Under the pieces are notes generated by a model, which did no database searches, was not told where the DNA came from, and saw only the letters and a program-made list of their open reading frames with translations. From Eledone cirrhosa (Eukaryota): a stretch of DNA of 64,000 nt. The stretch lies in assembly GCA_964016885.1 (NCBI GenBank), contig OZ024744.1, forward strand, positions 4,154,001 to 4,218,000. Direction: 5' to 3'. Shown here one piece after another: positions 38,501 through 52,100 of the stretch. Numbering within the stretch: the stretch's first letter is position 1; each line of letters opens with the position of its first letter. The translations under genes and the position numbers were made by a program.

Positions 38501-41500
38501 TGGTGAAGAACGAAGTTTTGTGGGAGGACAAGGTAGAGAAAGATAGCTTGGTGAAGAACGACGTTTTGAGGGAAGACAAGGTAGAGAAAGATAGCTTGGT
38601 GAAGAACGAAGTTTTGACGGAAGACAAGGTAGAGAAAGATAGCTTGGTGAAGAATGACGTTTTGTGGGAAGACAAGGTAGAGAAAGATAGCTTGGTGAAG
38701 AACGAAGTTTTGAGGGAAGACAAGGTAGAGAAAGATAGCTTGGTGAATAACGAAGTTTTGGGGGAAGACAAGGTCGAAAAAGATAGCTTGGTGAAGAACG
38801 AAGTTTTGAGGGAAGACAAGGTAGAGAAAGATAGCTTGGTGAAGAACGAAGTTTTGGGGGAAGACAAGGTAGAGAAAGATAGCTTGGTGAAGAACGAAGT
38901 TTTGAGGGAAGACAAGGTAGAGAAAGATAGCTTGGTGAAGAACGACGTTTTGTGGGAAGACAAGGTAGAGAAAGATAGCTTGGTGAAGAACGAAGTTTTG
39001 TGGGAAGACAAGGTAGAGAAAGATAGCTTGGTGAAGAACGAAGTTTTGGGGGAAGACAAGGTAGAGAAAGATAGCTTGGTGAAGAACGAAGTTTTGGGGG
39101 AAGACGAGGTACAGAAAGATAGCCTGGTGAACAACGAAGTTTTGGGGGAAGACAAGGTAGAGAAAGATAGCTTGGTGAAGAACGAAGTTTTGGGGGAAGA
39201 CAAGGTAGAGAAAGATAGCTTGGTGAAGAACGATGTTTTGGGGGAAGACAAGGTAGAGAAAGATAGCTTGGTGAAGAACGACGTTTTGATGGAAGACAAG
39301 TTAGAGAAAGATAGCTTGGTGAAGAACGAAGTTTTGACGGAAGACAAGGTAGAGAAAGATAGCTTGGTGAAGAATGACGTTTTGTGGGAAGACAAGGTAG
39401 AGAAAGATAGCTTGGTGAAGAACGAAGTTTTGTATGAAGACAAGCTAGAGAAAGATAGCTTGGTGAAGAACGAAGTTTTAGGGGAAGACAAGGTAGAGAA
39501 AGATAGCTTGGTGAAGAACGAAGTTTTGGGGGAAGACAAGGTAGAGAAAGATAGCCTGGTGAAGAACAAAGTTTTGGGGGAAGACAAGGTAGAGAAAGAT
39601 AGCTTGGTGAAGAACGAAGTTTTGAGGGAAGACGAGGTAGAGAAAGATAGCTTGGTGAAGAACGAAGTTTTGGGGGAAGACAAGGAAGAGAAAGATAGCT
39701 TGGTGAAGAACGAAGTTTTGGGGGAAGACAAGGTAGAGAAAGATAGCTTGGTGAAGAACGACGTTTCGAGGGAAGACAAGGTCGTGAAAGATAGCTTGGT
39801 GAAGAACGAAGTTTTGGGGAAGACAATGTAGAGAAAGATAGCTTGGTGAAGAACGAAGTTTTGGGGGAAGACAAGGTAGAGAAAGATAGCTTGGTGAAGA
39901 ACGAAGTTCTGAGGGAAGACAAGGTAGAGAAAGATAGCTTGGTGAAGAACGAAGTTTTGGGAGAAGACAAGGTAGAGAAAGATATCTTGGTGAAGAACGA
40001 AGTTTTGACGGAAGACAAGGTAGAGAAAGATAGCTTGGTGAAGAATGACGTTTTGTGGGAAGACAAGGTAGAGAAAGATAGCTTGGTGAAGAACGAAGTT
40101 TTGTGTGAAGACAAGCTAGAGAAAGATAGCTTGGTGAAGAACGAAGTTTTGAGGGAAGACAAGGTAGAGAAAGATAGCTTGGTGAATAACGAAGTTTTGG
40201 GAGAAGACAAGGTAGAGAAAGATAGCTTGGTGAAGAACGAAGTTTTGGGGGAAGACAAGGTAGAGAAAGATAGCTTGGTGAAGAACGAAGTTTTGAGGGA
40301 AGACGAGGTAGAGAAAGATAGCTTGGTGAAGAACGAAGTTTTGGGGGAAGACAAGGAAGAGAAAGATAGCTTGGTGAAGAACGAAGTTTTGGGGGAAGAC
40401 AAGGTAGAGAAAGATAGCTTGGTGAAGAACGACGTTTTGAGGGAAGACAAGGTCGTGAAAGATAGCTTGGTGAAGAACGAAGTTTTGGGGAAGACAATGT
40501 AGAGAAAGATAGCTTGGTGAAGAACGAAGTTTTGGGGGAAGACAAGGTAGAGAAAGATGACTTAGTGAAGAACGAAGTTTTGGGGGAAGACAAGGTAGAT
40601 AAAGATAGCTTGGTGAAGAATGACGTTTTGTGGGAAGACAAGGTAGAGAAAGATAGCTTGGTGAAGAAGGAAGTTTTGGGAGGAGACAAGGTAGAGAAAG
40701 ATAGCTTGGTGAAGAATGACGTTTTGTGGGAAGACAAGGTAGAGAAAGATATCTTGGTGAAGAAGGAATTTTGACGGAAGACAAGGTAGAGAAAGATAGC
40801 TTGCGAAGAACGAAGTTTTGGGGGAAGACAAGGTAGAGAAAGATAGCTTGGTGAAGAACGAAGTTTTGTGGGAGGACAAGGTAGAGAAAGATAGCTTGGT
40901 GAAGAACGACGTTTTGAGGGAAGACAAGGTAGAGAAAGATAGCTTGGTGAAGAACGAAGTTTTGACGGAAGACAAGGTAGAGAAAGATAGCTTGGTGAAG
41001 AATGACGTTTTGTGGGAAGACAAGGTAGAGAAAGATATCTTGGTGAAGAAGGAATTTTGACGGAAGACAAGGTAGAGAAAGATAGCTTGCGAAGAACGAA
41101 GTTTTGGGGGAAGACAAGGTAGAGAAAGATAGCTTGGTGAAGAACGAAGTTTTGTGGGAGGACAAGGTAGAGAAAGATAGCTTGGTGAAGAACGACGTTT
41201 TGAGGGAAGACAAGGTAGAGAAAGATAGCTTGGTGAAGAACGAAGTTTTGACGGAAGACAAGGTAGAGAAAGATAGCTTGGTGAAGAATGACGTTTTGTG
41301 GGAAGACAAGGTAGAGAAAGATAGCTTGGTGAAGAACGAAGTTTTGAGGGAAGACAAGGTAGAGAAAGATAGCTTGGTGAATAACGAAGTTTTGGGGGAA
41401 GACAAGGTCGAAAAAGATAGCTTGGTGAAGAACGAAGTTTTGAGGGAAGACAAGGTAGAGAAAGATAGCTTGGTGAAGAACGAAGTTTTGGGGGAAGACA

Positions 41501-43140
41501 AGGTAGAGAAAGATAGCTTGGTGAAGAACGAAGTTTTGAGGGAAGACAAGGTAGAGAAAGATAGCTTGGTGAAGAACGACGTTTTGTGGGAAGACAAGGT
41601 AGAGAAAGATAGCTTGGTGAAGAACGAAGTTTTGTGGGAAGACAAGGTAGAGAAAGATAGCTTGGTGAAGAACGAAGTTTTGGGGGAAGACAAGGTAGAG
41701 AAAGATAGCTTGGTGAAGAACGAAGTTTTGGGGGAAGACGAGGTACAGAAAGATAGCCTGGTGAACAACGAAGTTTTGGGGGAAGACAAGGTAGAGAAAG
41801 ATAGCTTGGTGAAGAACGAAGTTTTGGGGGAAGACAAGGTAGAGAAAGATAGCTTGGTGAAGAACGATGTTTTGGGGGAAGACAAGGTAGAGAAAGATAG
41901 CTTGGTGAAGAACGACGTTTTGATGGAAGACAAGTTAGAGAAAGATAGCTTGGTGAAGAACGAAGTTTTGACGGAAGACAAGGTAGAGAAAGATAGCTTG
42001 GTGAAGAATGACGTTTTGTGGGAAGACAAGGTAGAGAAAGATAGCTTGGTGAAGAACGAAGTTTTGTATGAAGACAAGCTAGAGAAAGATAGCTTGGTGA
42101 AGAACGAAGTTTTAGGGGAAGACAAGGTAGAGAAAGATAGCTTGGTGAAGAACGAAGTTTTGGGGGAAGACAAGGTAGAGAAAGATAGCTTGGTGAAGAA
42201 CAAAGTTTTGGGGGAAGACAAGGTAGAGAAAGATAGCTTGGTGAAGAACGAAGTTTTGAGGGAAGACGAGGTAGAGAAAGATAGCTTGGTGAAGAACGAA
42301 GTTTTGGGGGAAGACAAGGAAGAGAAAGATAGCTTGGTGAAGAACGAAGTTTTGGGGGAAGACAAGGTAGAGAAAGATAGCTTGGTGAAGAACGACGTTT
42401 CGAGGGAAGACAAGGTCGTGAAAGATAGCTTGGTGAAGAACGAAGTTTTGGGGAAGACAATGTAGAGAAAGATAGCTTGGTGAAGAACGAAGTTTTGGGG
42501 GAAGACAAGGTAGAGAAAGATAGCTTGGTGAAGAACGAAGTTCTGAGGGAAGACAAGGTAGAGAAAGATAGCTTGGTGAAGAACGAAGTTTTGGGAGAAG
42601 ACAAGGTAGAGAAAGATATCTTGGTGAAGAACGAAGTTTTGACGGAAGACAAGGTAGAGAAAGATAGCTTGGTGAAGAATGACGTTTTGTGGGAAGACAA
42701 GGTAGAGAAAGATAGCTTGGTGAAGAACGAAGTTTTGTGTGAAGACAAGCTAGAGAAAGATAGCTTGGTGAAGAACGAAGTTTTGAGGGAAGACAAGGTA
42801 GAGAAAGATAGCTTGGTGAATAACGAAGTTTTGGGAGAAGACAAGGTAGAGAAAGATAGCTTGGTGAAGAACGAAGTTTTGGGGGAAGACAAGGTAGAGA
42901 AAGATAGCTTGGTGAAGAACGAAGTTTTGAGGGAAGACGAGGTAGAGAAAGATAGCTTGGTGAAGAACGAAGTTTTGGGGGAAGACAAGGAAGAGAAAGA
43001 TAGCTTGGTGAAGAACGAAGTTTTGGGGGAAGACAAGGTAGAGAAAGATAGCTTGGTGAAGAACGACGTTTTGAGGGAAGACAAGGTCGTGAAAGATAGC
43101 TTGGTGAAGAACGAAGTTTTGGGGAAGACAATGTAGAGAA
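35570..43140 (+). repeat. Three near-identical ~2.1 kb blocks starting ~35570, ~38400, ~41030 (offsets 2828 and 2634)
   Basis: Identical 453-aa and 219-aa ORF pairs at 35642/37015, 38470/39843, 41104/42477, separated by spacers of different monomer number. Confidence 0.88.
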
Positions 43141-46100
43141 AGATAGCTTGGTGAAGTACGAAGTTTTGTGTGAAGACAAGCTAGAGAAAGATAGCTTGGT
43201 GAAGAACGAAGTTTTGAGGGAAGACAAGGTAGAGAAAGATAGCTTGGTGAATAACGAAGTTTTGGGAGAAGACAAGGTAGAGAAAGATAGCTTGGTGAAG
43301 AACGAAGTTTTGGGGGAAGACAAGGTAGAGAAAGATAGCTTGGTGAAGAACGAAGTTTTGAGGGAAGACAAGGTAGCGAAAGATAGCTTGGTGAATAACG
43401 AAGTTTTGGGGCAAGACAAGGTAGAGAAAGATAGCTTGGTGAATAACGAAGTTTTGGGAGAAGACAAGGTCGAGAAAGATAGCTTGGTGAAGAACGAAAT
43501 TTTGAGGGAAGACAAGGTAGAGAAAGATAGCTTGGTGAAGAACGACGTTTTGAGGGAAGACAAAATAGAGAAAGATAGCTTGGTGAAGAACGACGTTTTG
43601 TGGGATGACAAGGTAGAGAAAGATGACTTAGTGAAGAACGAAGTTTTGGGGGAAGACAAGGTAGATAAAGATAGCTTGGTGAAGAATGACGTTTTGTGGG
43701 AAGACAAGGTAGAGAAAGATAGCTTGGTGAAGAAGGAAGTTTTGGGAGGAGACAAGGTAGAGAAAGATATCTTGGTGAAGAACGAAGTTTTGACGGAAGA
43801 CAAGGTAGAGAAAGATAGCTTGGTGAAGAATGACGTTTTGTGGGAAGACAAGGTAGAGAAAGATAGCTTGGTGAAGAACGAAGTTTTGTGTGAAGACAAG
43901 CTAGAGAAAGATAGCTTGGTGAAGAACGAAGTTTTGAGGGAAGACAAGGTAGAGAAAGATAGCTTGGTGAATAACGAAGTTTTGGGAGAAGACAAGGTAG
44001 AGAAAGATAGCTTGGTGAAGAACGAAGTTTTGGGGGAAGACAAGGTAGAGAAAGATAGCTTGGTGAAGAACGAAGTTTTGAGGGAAGACAAGGTAGCGAA
44101 AGATAGCTTGGTGAATAACGAAGTTTTGGGGGAAGACAAGGTAGAGAAAGATAGCTTGGTGAATAACGAAGTTTTGGGAGAAGACAAGGTCGAGAAAGAT
44201 AGCTTGGTGAAGAACGAAATTTTGAGGGAAGACAAGGTAGAGAAAGATAGCTTGGTGAAGAACGACGTGTTGAGGGAAGACAAAATAGAGAAAGATAGCT
44301 TGGTGAAGAACGACGTTTTGTGGGATGACAAGGTAGAGAAAGATGACTTAGTGAAGAACGAAGTTTTGGGGGAAGACAAGGTAGAGAAAGATAGCTTGGT
44401 GAATAACGAAGTTTTGGGAGAAGACAAGGTAGAGAAAGATAGCTTGGTGAAGAACGACGTTTTGAGGGAAGACAAGGTAGAGAAAGATAGCTTGGTGAAG
44501 AACGAAGTTTTGAGGGAAGACAAGGTAGCGAAAGATAGCTTGGTGAATAACGAAGTTTTGGGGGAAGACAAGGTAGAGAAAGATAGCTTGGTGAATAACG
44601 AAGTTTTGGGGGAAGACAAGGTAGAGAAAGATAGCTTGGTGAAGAACGAAGTTCTGAGGGAAGACAAGGTAGAGAAAGATAGCTTGGTGAAGAACGACGT
44701 TTTGTGGGAAGACAAGGTAGAGAAAGATATCTTGGTGAAGAAGGAATTTTGACGGAAGACAAGGTAGAGAAAGATAGCTTGCGAAGAACGAAGTTTTGGG
44801 GGAAGACAAGGTAGAGAAAGATAGCTTGGTGAAGAACGAAGTTTTGTGGGAGGACAAGGTAGAGAAAGATAGCTTGGTGAAGAACGACGTTTTGAGGGAA
44901 GACAAGGTAGAGAAAGATAGCTTGGTGAAGAACGAAGTTTTGACGGAAGACAAGGTAGAGAAAGATAGCTTGGTGAAGAATGACGTTTTGTGGGAAGACA
45001 AGGTAGAGAAAGATAGCTTGGTGAAGAACGAAGTTTTGAGGGAAGACAAGGTAGAGAAAGATAGCTTGGTGAATAACGAAGTTTTGGGGGAAGACAAGGT
45101 CGAAAAAGATAGCTTGGTGAAGAACGAAGTTTTGAGGGAAGACAAGGTAGAGAAAGATAGCTTGGTGAAGAACGAAGTTTTGAGGGAAGACAAGGTAGAG
45201 AAAGATAGCTTGGTGAAGAACGAAGTTTTGAGGGAAGACAAGGTAGAGAAAGATAGCTTGGTGAAGAACGACGTTTTGTGGGAAGACAAGGTAGAGAAAG
45301 ATAGCTTGGTGAAGAACGAAGTTTTGTGGGAAGACAAGGTAGAGAAAGATAGCTTGGTGAAGAACGAAGTTTTGGGGGAAGACAAGGTAGAGAAAGATAG
45401 CTTGGTGAAGAACGAAGTTTTGGGGGAAGACGAGGTACAGAAAGATAGCCTGGTGAACAACGAAGTTTTGGGGGAAGACAAGGTAGAGAAAGATAGCTTG
45501 GTGAAGAACGAAGTTTTGGGGGAAGACAAGGTAGAGAAAGATAGCTTGGTGAAGAACGATGTTTTGGGGGAAGACAAGGTAGAGAAAGATAGCTTGGTGA
45601 AGAACGACGTTTTGATGGAAGACAAGTTAGAGAAAGATAGCTTGGTGAAGAACGAAGTTTTGACGGAAGACAAGGTAGAGAAAGATAGCTTGGTGAAGAA
45701 TGACGTTTTGTGGGAAGACAAGGTAGAGAAAGATAGCTTGGTGAAGAACGAAGTTTTGTATGAAGACAAGCTAGAGAAAGATAGCTTGGTGAAGAACGAA
45801 GTTTTAGGGGAAGACAAGGTAGAGAAAGATAGCTTGGTGAAGAACGAAGTTTTGGGGGAAGACAAGGTAGAGAAAGATAGCTTGGTGAAGAACAAAGTTT
45901 TGGGGGTAGACAAGGTAGAGAAAGATAGCTTGGTGAAGAACGAAGTTTTGAGGGAAGACGAGGTAGAGAAAGATAGCTTGGTGAAGAACGAAGTTTTGGG
46001 GGAAGACAAGGAAGAGAAAGATAGCTTGGTGAAGAACGAAGTTTTGGGGGAAGACAAGGTAGAGAGAGATAGCTTGGTGAAGAACGACGTTTTGAGGGAA

Positions 46101-49100
46101 GACAAGGTCGTGAAAGATAGCTTGGTGAAGAACGAAGTTTTGGGGAAGACAATGTAGAGAAAGATAGCTTGGTGAAGAACGAAGTTTTGGGGGAAGACAA
46201 GGTAGAGAAAGATAGCTTGGTGAAGAACGAAGTTCTGACGGAAGACAAGGTAGAGAAAGATAGCTTGGTGAAGAACGAAGTTTTGGGAGAAGACAAGGTA
46301 GAGAAAGATATCTTGGTGAAGAACGAAGTTTTGACGGAAGACAAGGTAGAGAAAGATAGCTTGGTGAAGAATGACGTTTTGTGGGAAGACAAGGTAGAGA
46401 AAGATAGCTTGGTGAAGAACGAAGTTTTGTGTGAAGACAAGCTAGAGAAAGATAGCTTGGTGAAGAACGAAGTTTTGAGGGAAGACAAGGTAGAGAAAGA
46501 TAGCTTGGTGAATAACGAAGTTTTGGGAGAAGACAAGGTAGAGAAAGATAGCTTGGTGAAGAACGAAGTTTTGGGGGAAGACAAGGTAGAGAAAGATAGC
46601 TTGGTGAAGAACGAAGTTTTGAGGGAAGACAAGGTAGCGAAAGATAGCTTGGTGAATAACGAAGTTTTGGGCGAAGACAAGGTCGAGAAAGATAGCTTGG
46701 TGAAGAACGAAATTTTGAGGGAAGACAAGGTAGAGAATGATAGCTTGGTGAAGAACGACGTTTTGAGGGAAGACAAAATAGAGAAAGATAGCTTGGTCAA
46801 GAACGACGTTTTGTGGGATGACAAGGTAGAGAAAGATGACTTGGTGAAGAACGAAGTTTTGGGGGAAGACAAGGTAGATAAAGATAGCTTGGTGAAGAAC
46901 GAAGTTTTGGGGGAAGACAAGGTAGAGAAAGATAGCTTGGTGAAGAACGACGTTTTGAGGGAAGACAAGGTAGAGAAAGATAGCTTGGTGTAGAACGAAG
47001 TTTTGGGGAAGACAATGTAGAGAAAGATAGCTTGGTGAAGAACGGAGTTTTGGGGGAAGACAAGGTAGAGAAAGATAGCTTGGTGAAGAACGAAGTTCTG
47101 AGGGAAGACAAGGTAGAGAAAGATAGCTTGGTGAAGAACGACGTTTTGTGGGAAGACAAGGTAGAGAAAGATATCTTCGTGAAGAACGAAGTTTTGGGGG
47201 AAGACAAGGTAGAGAAAGATAGCTTGGTGAAGAACGAAGTTTTGAGGGAAGACAAGGTAGAGAAAGATAGCTTGGTGAAGAACGACGTTTTGTGGGAAGA
47301 CAAGGTAGAGAAAGATATCTTCGTGAAGAACGAAGTTTTGGGGGAAGACAAGGTAGAGAAAGATAGCTTGGTGAAGAACGAAGTTTTGAGGGAAGACAAG
47401 GTAGAGAAAGATAGCTTGGTGAAGAACGACGTTTTGTGGGAAGACAAGGTAGAGAAAGATAGCTTGGTGAAGAACGAAGTTTTGTGGGAAGACAAGGTAG
47501 AGAAAGATAGCTTGGTGAAGAACGAAGTTTTGGGGGAAGACAAGGTAGAGAAAGATAGCTTGGTGAAGAACGAAGTTTTGGGGGAAGACGAGGTACAGAA
47601 AGATAGCCTGGTGAACAACGAAGTTTTGGGGGAAGACAAGGTAGAGAAAGATAGCTTGGTGAAGAACGAAGTTTTGGGGGAAGACAAGGTAGAGAAAGAT
47701 AGCTTGGTGAAGAACGATGTTTTGGGGGAAGACAAGGTAGAGAAAGATAGCTTGGTGAAGAACGACGTTTTGATGGAAGACAAGTTAGAGAAAGATAGCT
47801 TGGTGAAGAACGAAGTTTTGACGGAAGACAAGGTAGAGAAAGATAGCTTGGTGAAGAATGACGTTTTGTGGGAAGACAAGGTAGAGAAAGATAGCTTGGT
47901 GAAGAACGAAGTTTTGTATGAAGACAAGCTAGAGAAAGATAGCTTGGTGAAGAACGAAGTTTTAGGGGAAGACAAGGTAGAGAAAGATAGCTTGGTGAAG
48001 AACGAAGTTTTGGGGGAAGACAAGGTAGAGAAAGATAGCTTGGTGAAGAACAAAGTTTTGGGGGAAGACAAGGTAGAGAAAGATAGCTTGGTGAAGAACG
48101 AAGTTTTGAGGGAAGACGAGGTAGAGAAAGATAGCTTGGTGAAGAACGAAGTTTTGGGGGAAGACAAGGAAGAGAAAGATAGCTTGGTGAAGAACGAAGT
48201 TTTGGGGGAAGACAAGGTAGAGAAAGATAGCTTGGTGAAGAACGACGTTTCGAGGGAAGACAAGGTCGTGAAAGATAGCTTGGTGAAGAACGAAGTTTTG
48301 GGGAAGACAATGTAGAGAAAGATAGCTTGGTGAAGAACGAAGTTTTGGGGGAAGACAAGGTAGAGAAAGATAGCTTGGTGAAGAACGAAGTTCTGAGGGA
48401 AGACAAGGTAGAGAAAGATAGCTTGGTGAAGAACGAAGTTTTGGGAGAAGACAAGGTAGAGAAAGATATCTTGGTGAAGAACGAAGTTTTGACGGAAGAC
48501 AAGGTAGAGAAAGATAGCTTGGTGAAGAATGACGTTTTGTGGGAAGACAAGGTAGAGAAAGATAGCTTGGTGAAGAACGAAGTTTTGTGTGAAGACAAGC
48601 TAGAGAAAGATAGCTTGGTGAAGAACGAAGTTTTGAGGGAAGACAAGGTAGAGAAAGATAGCTTGGTGAATAACGAAGTTTTGGGAGAAGACAAGGTAGA
48701 GAAAGATAGCTTGGTGAAGAACGAAGTTTTGGGGGAAGACAAGGTAGAGAAAGATAGCTTGGTGAAGAACGAAGTTTTGAGGGAAGACGAGGTAGAGAAA
48801 GATAGCTTGGTGAAGAACGAAGTTTTGGGGGAAGACAAGGAAGAGAAAGATAGCTTGGTGAAGAACGAAGTTTTGGGGGAAGACAAGGTAGAGAAAGATA
48901 GCTTGGTGAAGAACGACGTTTTGAGGGAAGACAAGGTCGTGAAAGATAGCTTGGTGAAGAACGAAGTTTTGGGGAAGACAATGTAGAGAAAGATAGCTTG
49001 GTGAAGAACGAAGTTTTGTGTGAAGACAAGCTAGAGAAAGATAGCTTGGTGAAGAACGAAGTTTTGAGGGAAGACAAGGTAGAGAAAGATAGCTTGGTGA

Positions 49101-52100
49101 ATAACGAAGTTTTGGGAGAAGACAAGGTAGAGAAAGATAGCTTGGTGAAGAACGAAGTTTTGGGGGAAGACAAGGTAGAGAAAGATAGCTTGGTGAAGAA
49201 CGAAGTTTTGAGGGAAGACAAGGTAGCGAAAGATAGCTTGGTGAATAACGAAGTTTTGGGGCAAGACAAGGTAGAGAAAGATAGCTTGGTGAATAACGAA
49301 GTTTTGGGAGAAGACAAGGTCGAGAAAGATAGCTTGGTGAAGAACGAAATTTTGAGGGAAGACAAGGTAGAGAAAGATAGCTTGGTGAAGAACGACGTTT
49401 TGAGGGAAGACAAAATAGAGAAAGATAGCTTGGTGAAGAACGACGTTTTGTGGGATGACAAGGTAGAGAAAGATGACTTAGTGAAGAACGAAGTTTTGGG
49501 GGAAGACAAGGTAGATAAAGATAGCTTGGTGAAGAATGACGTTTTGTGGGAAGACAAGGTAGAGAAAGATAGCTTGGTGAAGAAGGAAGTTTTGGGAGGA
49601 GACAAGGTAGAGAAAGATATCTTGGTGAAGAACGAAGTTTTGACGGAAGACAAGGTAGAGAAAGATAGCTTGGTGAAGAATGACGTTTTGTGGGAAGACA
49701 AGGTAGAGAAAGATAGCTTGGTGAAGAACGAAGTTTTGTGTGAAGACAAGCTAGAGAAAGATAGCTTGGTGAAGAACGAAGTTTTGAGGGAAGACAAGGT
49801 AGAGAAAGATAGCTTGGTGAATAACGAAGTTTTGGGAGAAGACAAGGTAGAGAAAGATAGCTTGGTGAAGAACGAAGTTTTGGGGGAAGACAAGGTAGAG
49901 AAAGATAGCTTGGTGAAGAACGAAGTTTTGAGGGAAGACAAGGTAGCGAAAGATAGCTTGGTGAATAACGAAGTTTTGGGGGAAGACAAGGTAGAGAAAG
50001 ATAGCTTGGTGAATAACGAAGTTTTGGGAGAAGACAAGGTCGAGAAAGATAGCTTGGTGAAGAACGAAATTTTGAGGGAAGACAAGGTAGAGAAAGATAG
50101 CTTGGTGAAGAACGACGTGTTGAGGGAAGACAAAATAGAGAAAGATAGCTTGGTGAAGAACGACGTTTTGTGGGATGACAAGGTAGAGAAAGATGACTTA
50201 GTGAAGAACGAAGTTTTGGGGGAAGACAAGGTAGAGAAAGATAGCTTGGTGAATAACGAAGTTTTGGGAGAAGACAAGGTAGAGAAAGATAGCTTGGTGA
50301 AGAACGACGTTTTGAGGGAAGACAAGGTAGAGAAAGATAGCTTGGTGAAGAACGAAGTTTTGAGGGAAGACAAGGTAGCGAAAGATAGCTTGGTGAATAA
50401 CGAAGTTTTGGGGGAAGACAAGGTAGAGAAAGATAGCTTGGTGAATAACGAAGTTTTGGGGGAAGACAAGGTAGAGAAAGATAGCTTGGTGAAGAACGAA
50501 GTTCTGAGGGAAGACAAGGTAGAGAAAGATAGCTTGGTGAAGAACGACGTTTTGTGGGAAGACAAGGTAGAGAAAGATATCTTGGTGAAGAAGGAATTTT
50601 GACGGAAGACAAGGTAGAGAAAGATAGCTTGCGAAGAACGAAGTTTTGGGGGAAGACAAGGTAGAGAAAGATAGCTTGGTGAAGAACGAAGTTTTGTGGG
50701 AGGACAAGGTAGAGAAAGATAGCTTGGTGAAGAACGACGTTTTGAGGGAAGACAAGGTAGAGAAAGATAGCTTGGTGAAGAACGAAGTTTTGACGGAAGA
50801 CAAGGTAGAGAAAGATAGCTTGGTGAAGAATGACGTTTTGTGGGAAGACAAGGTAGAGAAAGATAGCTTGGTGAAGAACGAAGTTTTGAGGGAAGACAAG
50901 GTAGAGAAAGATAGCTTGGTGAATAACGAAGTTTTGGGGGAAGACAAGGTCGAAAAAGATAGCTTGGTGAAGAACGAAGTTTTGAGGGAAGACAAGGTAG
51001 AGAAAGATAGCTTGGTGAAGAACGAAGTTTTGGGGGAAGACAAGGTAGAGAAAGATAGCTTGGTGAAGAACGAAGTTTTGAGGGAAGACAAGGTAGAGAA
51101 AGATAGCTTGGTGAAGAACGACGTTTTGTGGGAAGACAAGGTAGAGAAAGATAGCTTGGTGAAGAACGAAGTTTTGTGGGAAGACAAGGTAGAGAAAGAT
51201 AGCTTGGTGAAGAACGAAGTTTTGGGGGAAGACAAGGTAGAGAAAGATAGCTTGGTGAAGAACGAAGTTTTGGGGGAAGACGAGGTACAGAAAGATAGCC
51301 TGGTGAACAACGAAGTTTTGGGGGAAGACAAGGTAGAGAAAGATAGCTTGGTGAAGAACGAAGTTTTGGGGGAAGACAAGGTAGAGAAAGATAGCTTGGT
51401 GAAGAACGATGTTTTGGGGGAAGACAAGGTAGAGAAAGATAGCTTGGTGAAGAACGACGTTTTGATGGAAGACAAGTTAGAGAAAGATAGCTTGGTGAAG
51501 AACGAAGTTTTGACGGAAGACAAGGTAGAGAAAGATAGCTTGGTGAAGAATGACGTTTTGTGGGAAGACAAGGTAGAGAAAGATAGCTTGGTGAAGAACG
51601 AAGTTTTGTATGAAGACAAGCTAGAGAAAGATAGCTTGGTGAAGAACGAAGTTTTAGGGGAAGACAAGGTAGAGAAAGATAGCTTGGTGAAGAACGAAGT
51701 TTTGGGGGAAGACAAGGTAGAGAAAGATAGCTTGGTGAAGAACAAAGTTTTGGGGGTAGACAAGGTAGAGAAAGATAGCTTGGTGAAGAACGAAGTTTTG
51801 AGGGAAGACGAGGTAGAGAAAGATAGCTTGGTGAAGAACGAAGTTTTGGGGGAAGACAAGGAAGAGAAAGATAGCTTGGTGAAGAACGAAGTTTTGGGGG
51901 AAGACAAGGTAGAGAGAGATAGCTTGGTGAAGAACGACGTTTTGAGGGAAGACAAGGTCGTGAAAGATAGCTTGGTGAAGAACGAAGTTTTGGGGAAGAC
52001 AATGTAGAGAAAGATAGCTTGGTGAAGAACGAAGTTTTGGGGGAAGACAAGGTAGAGAAAGATAGCTTGGTGAAGAACGAAGTTCTGACGGAAGACAAGG

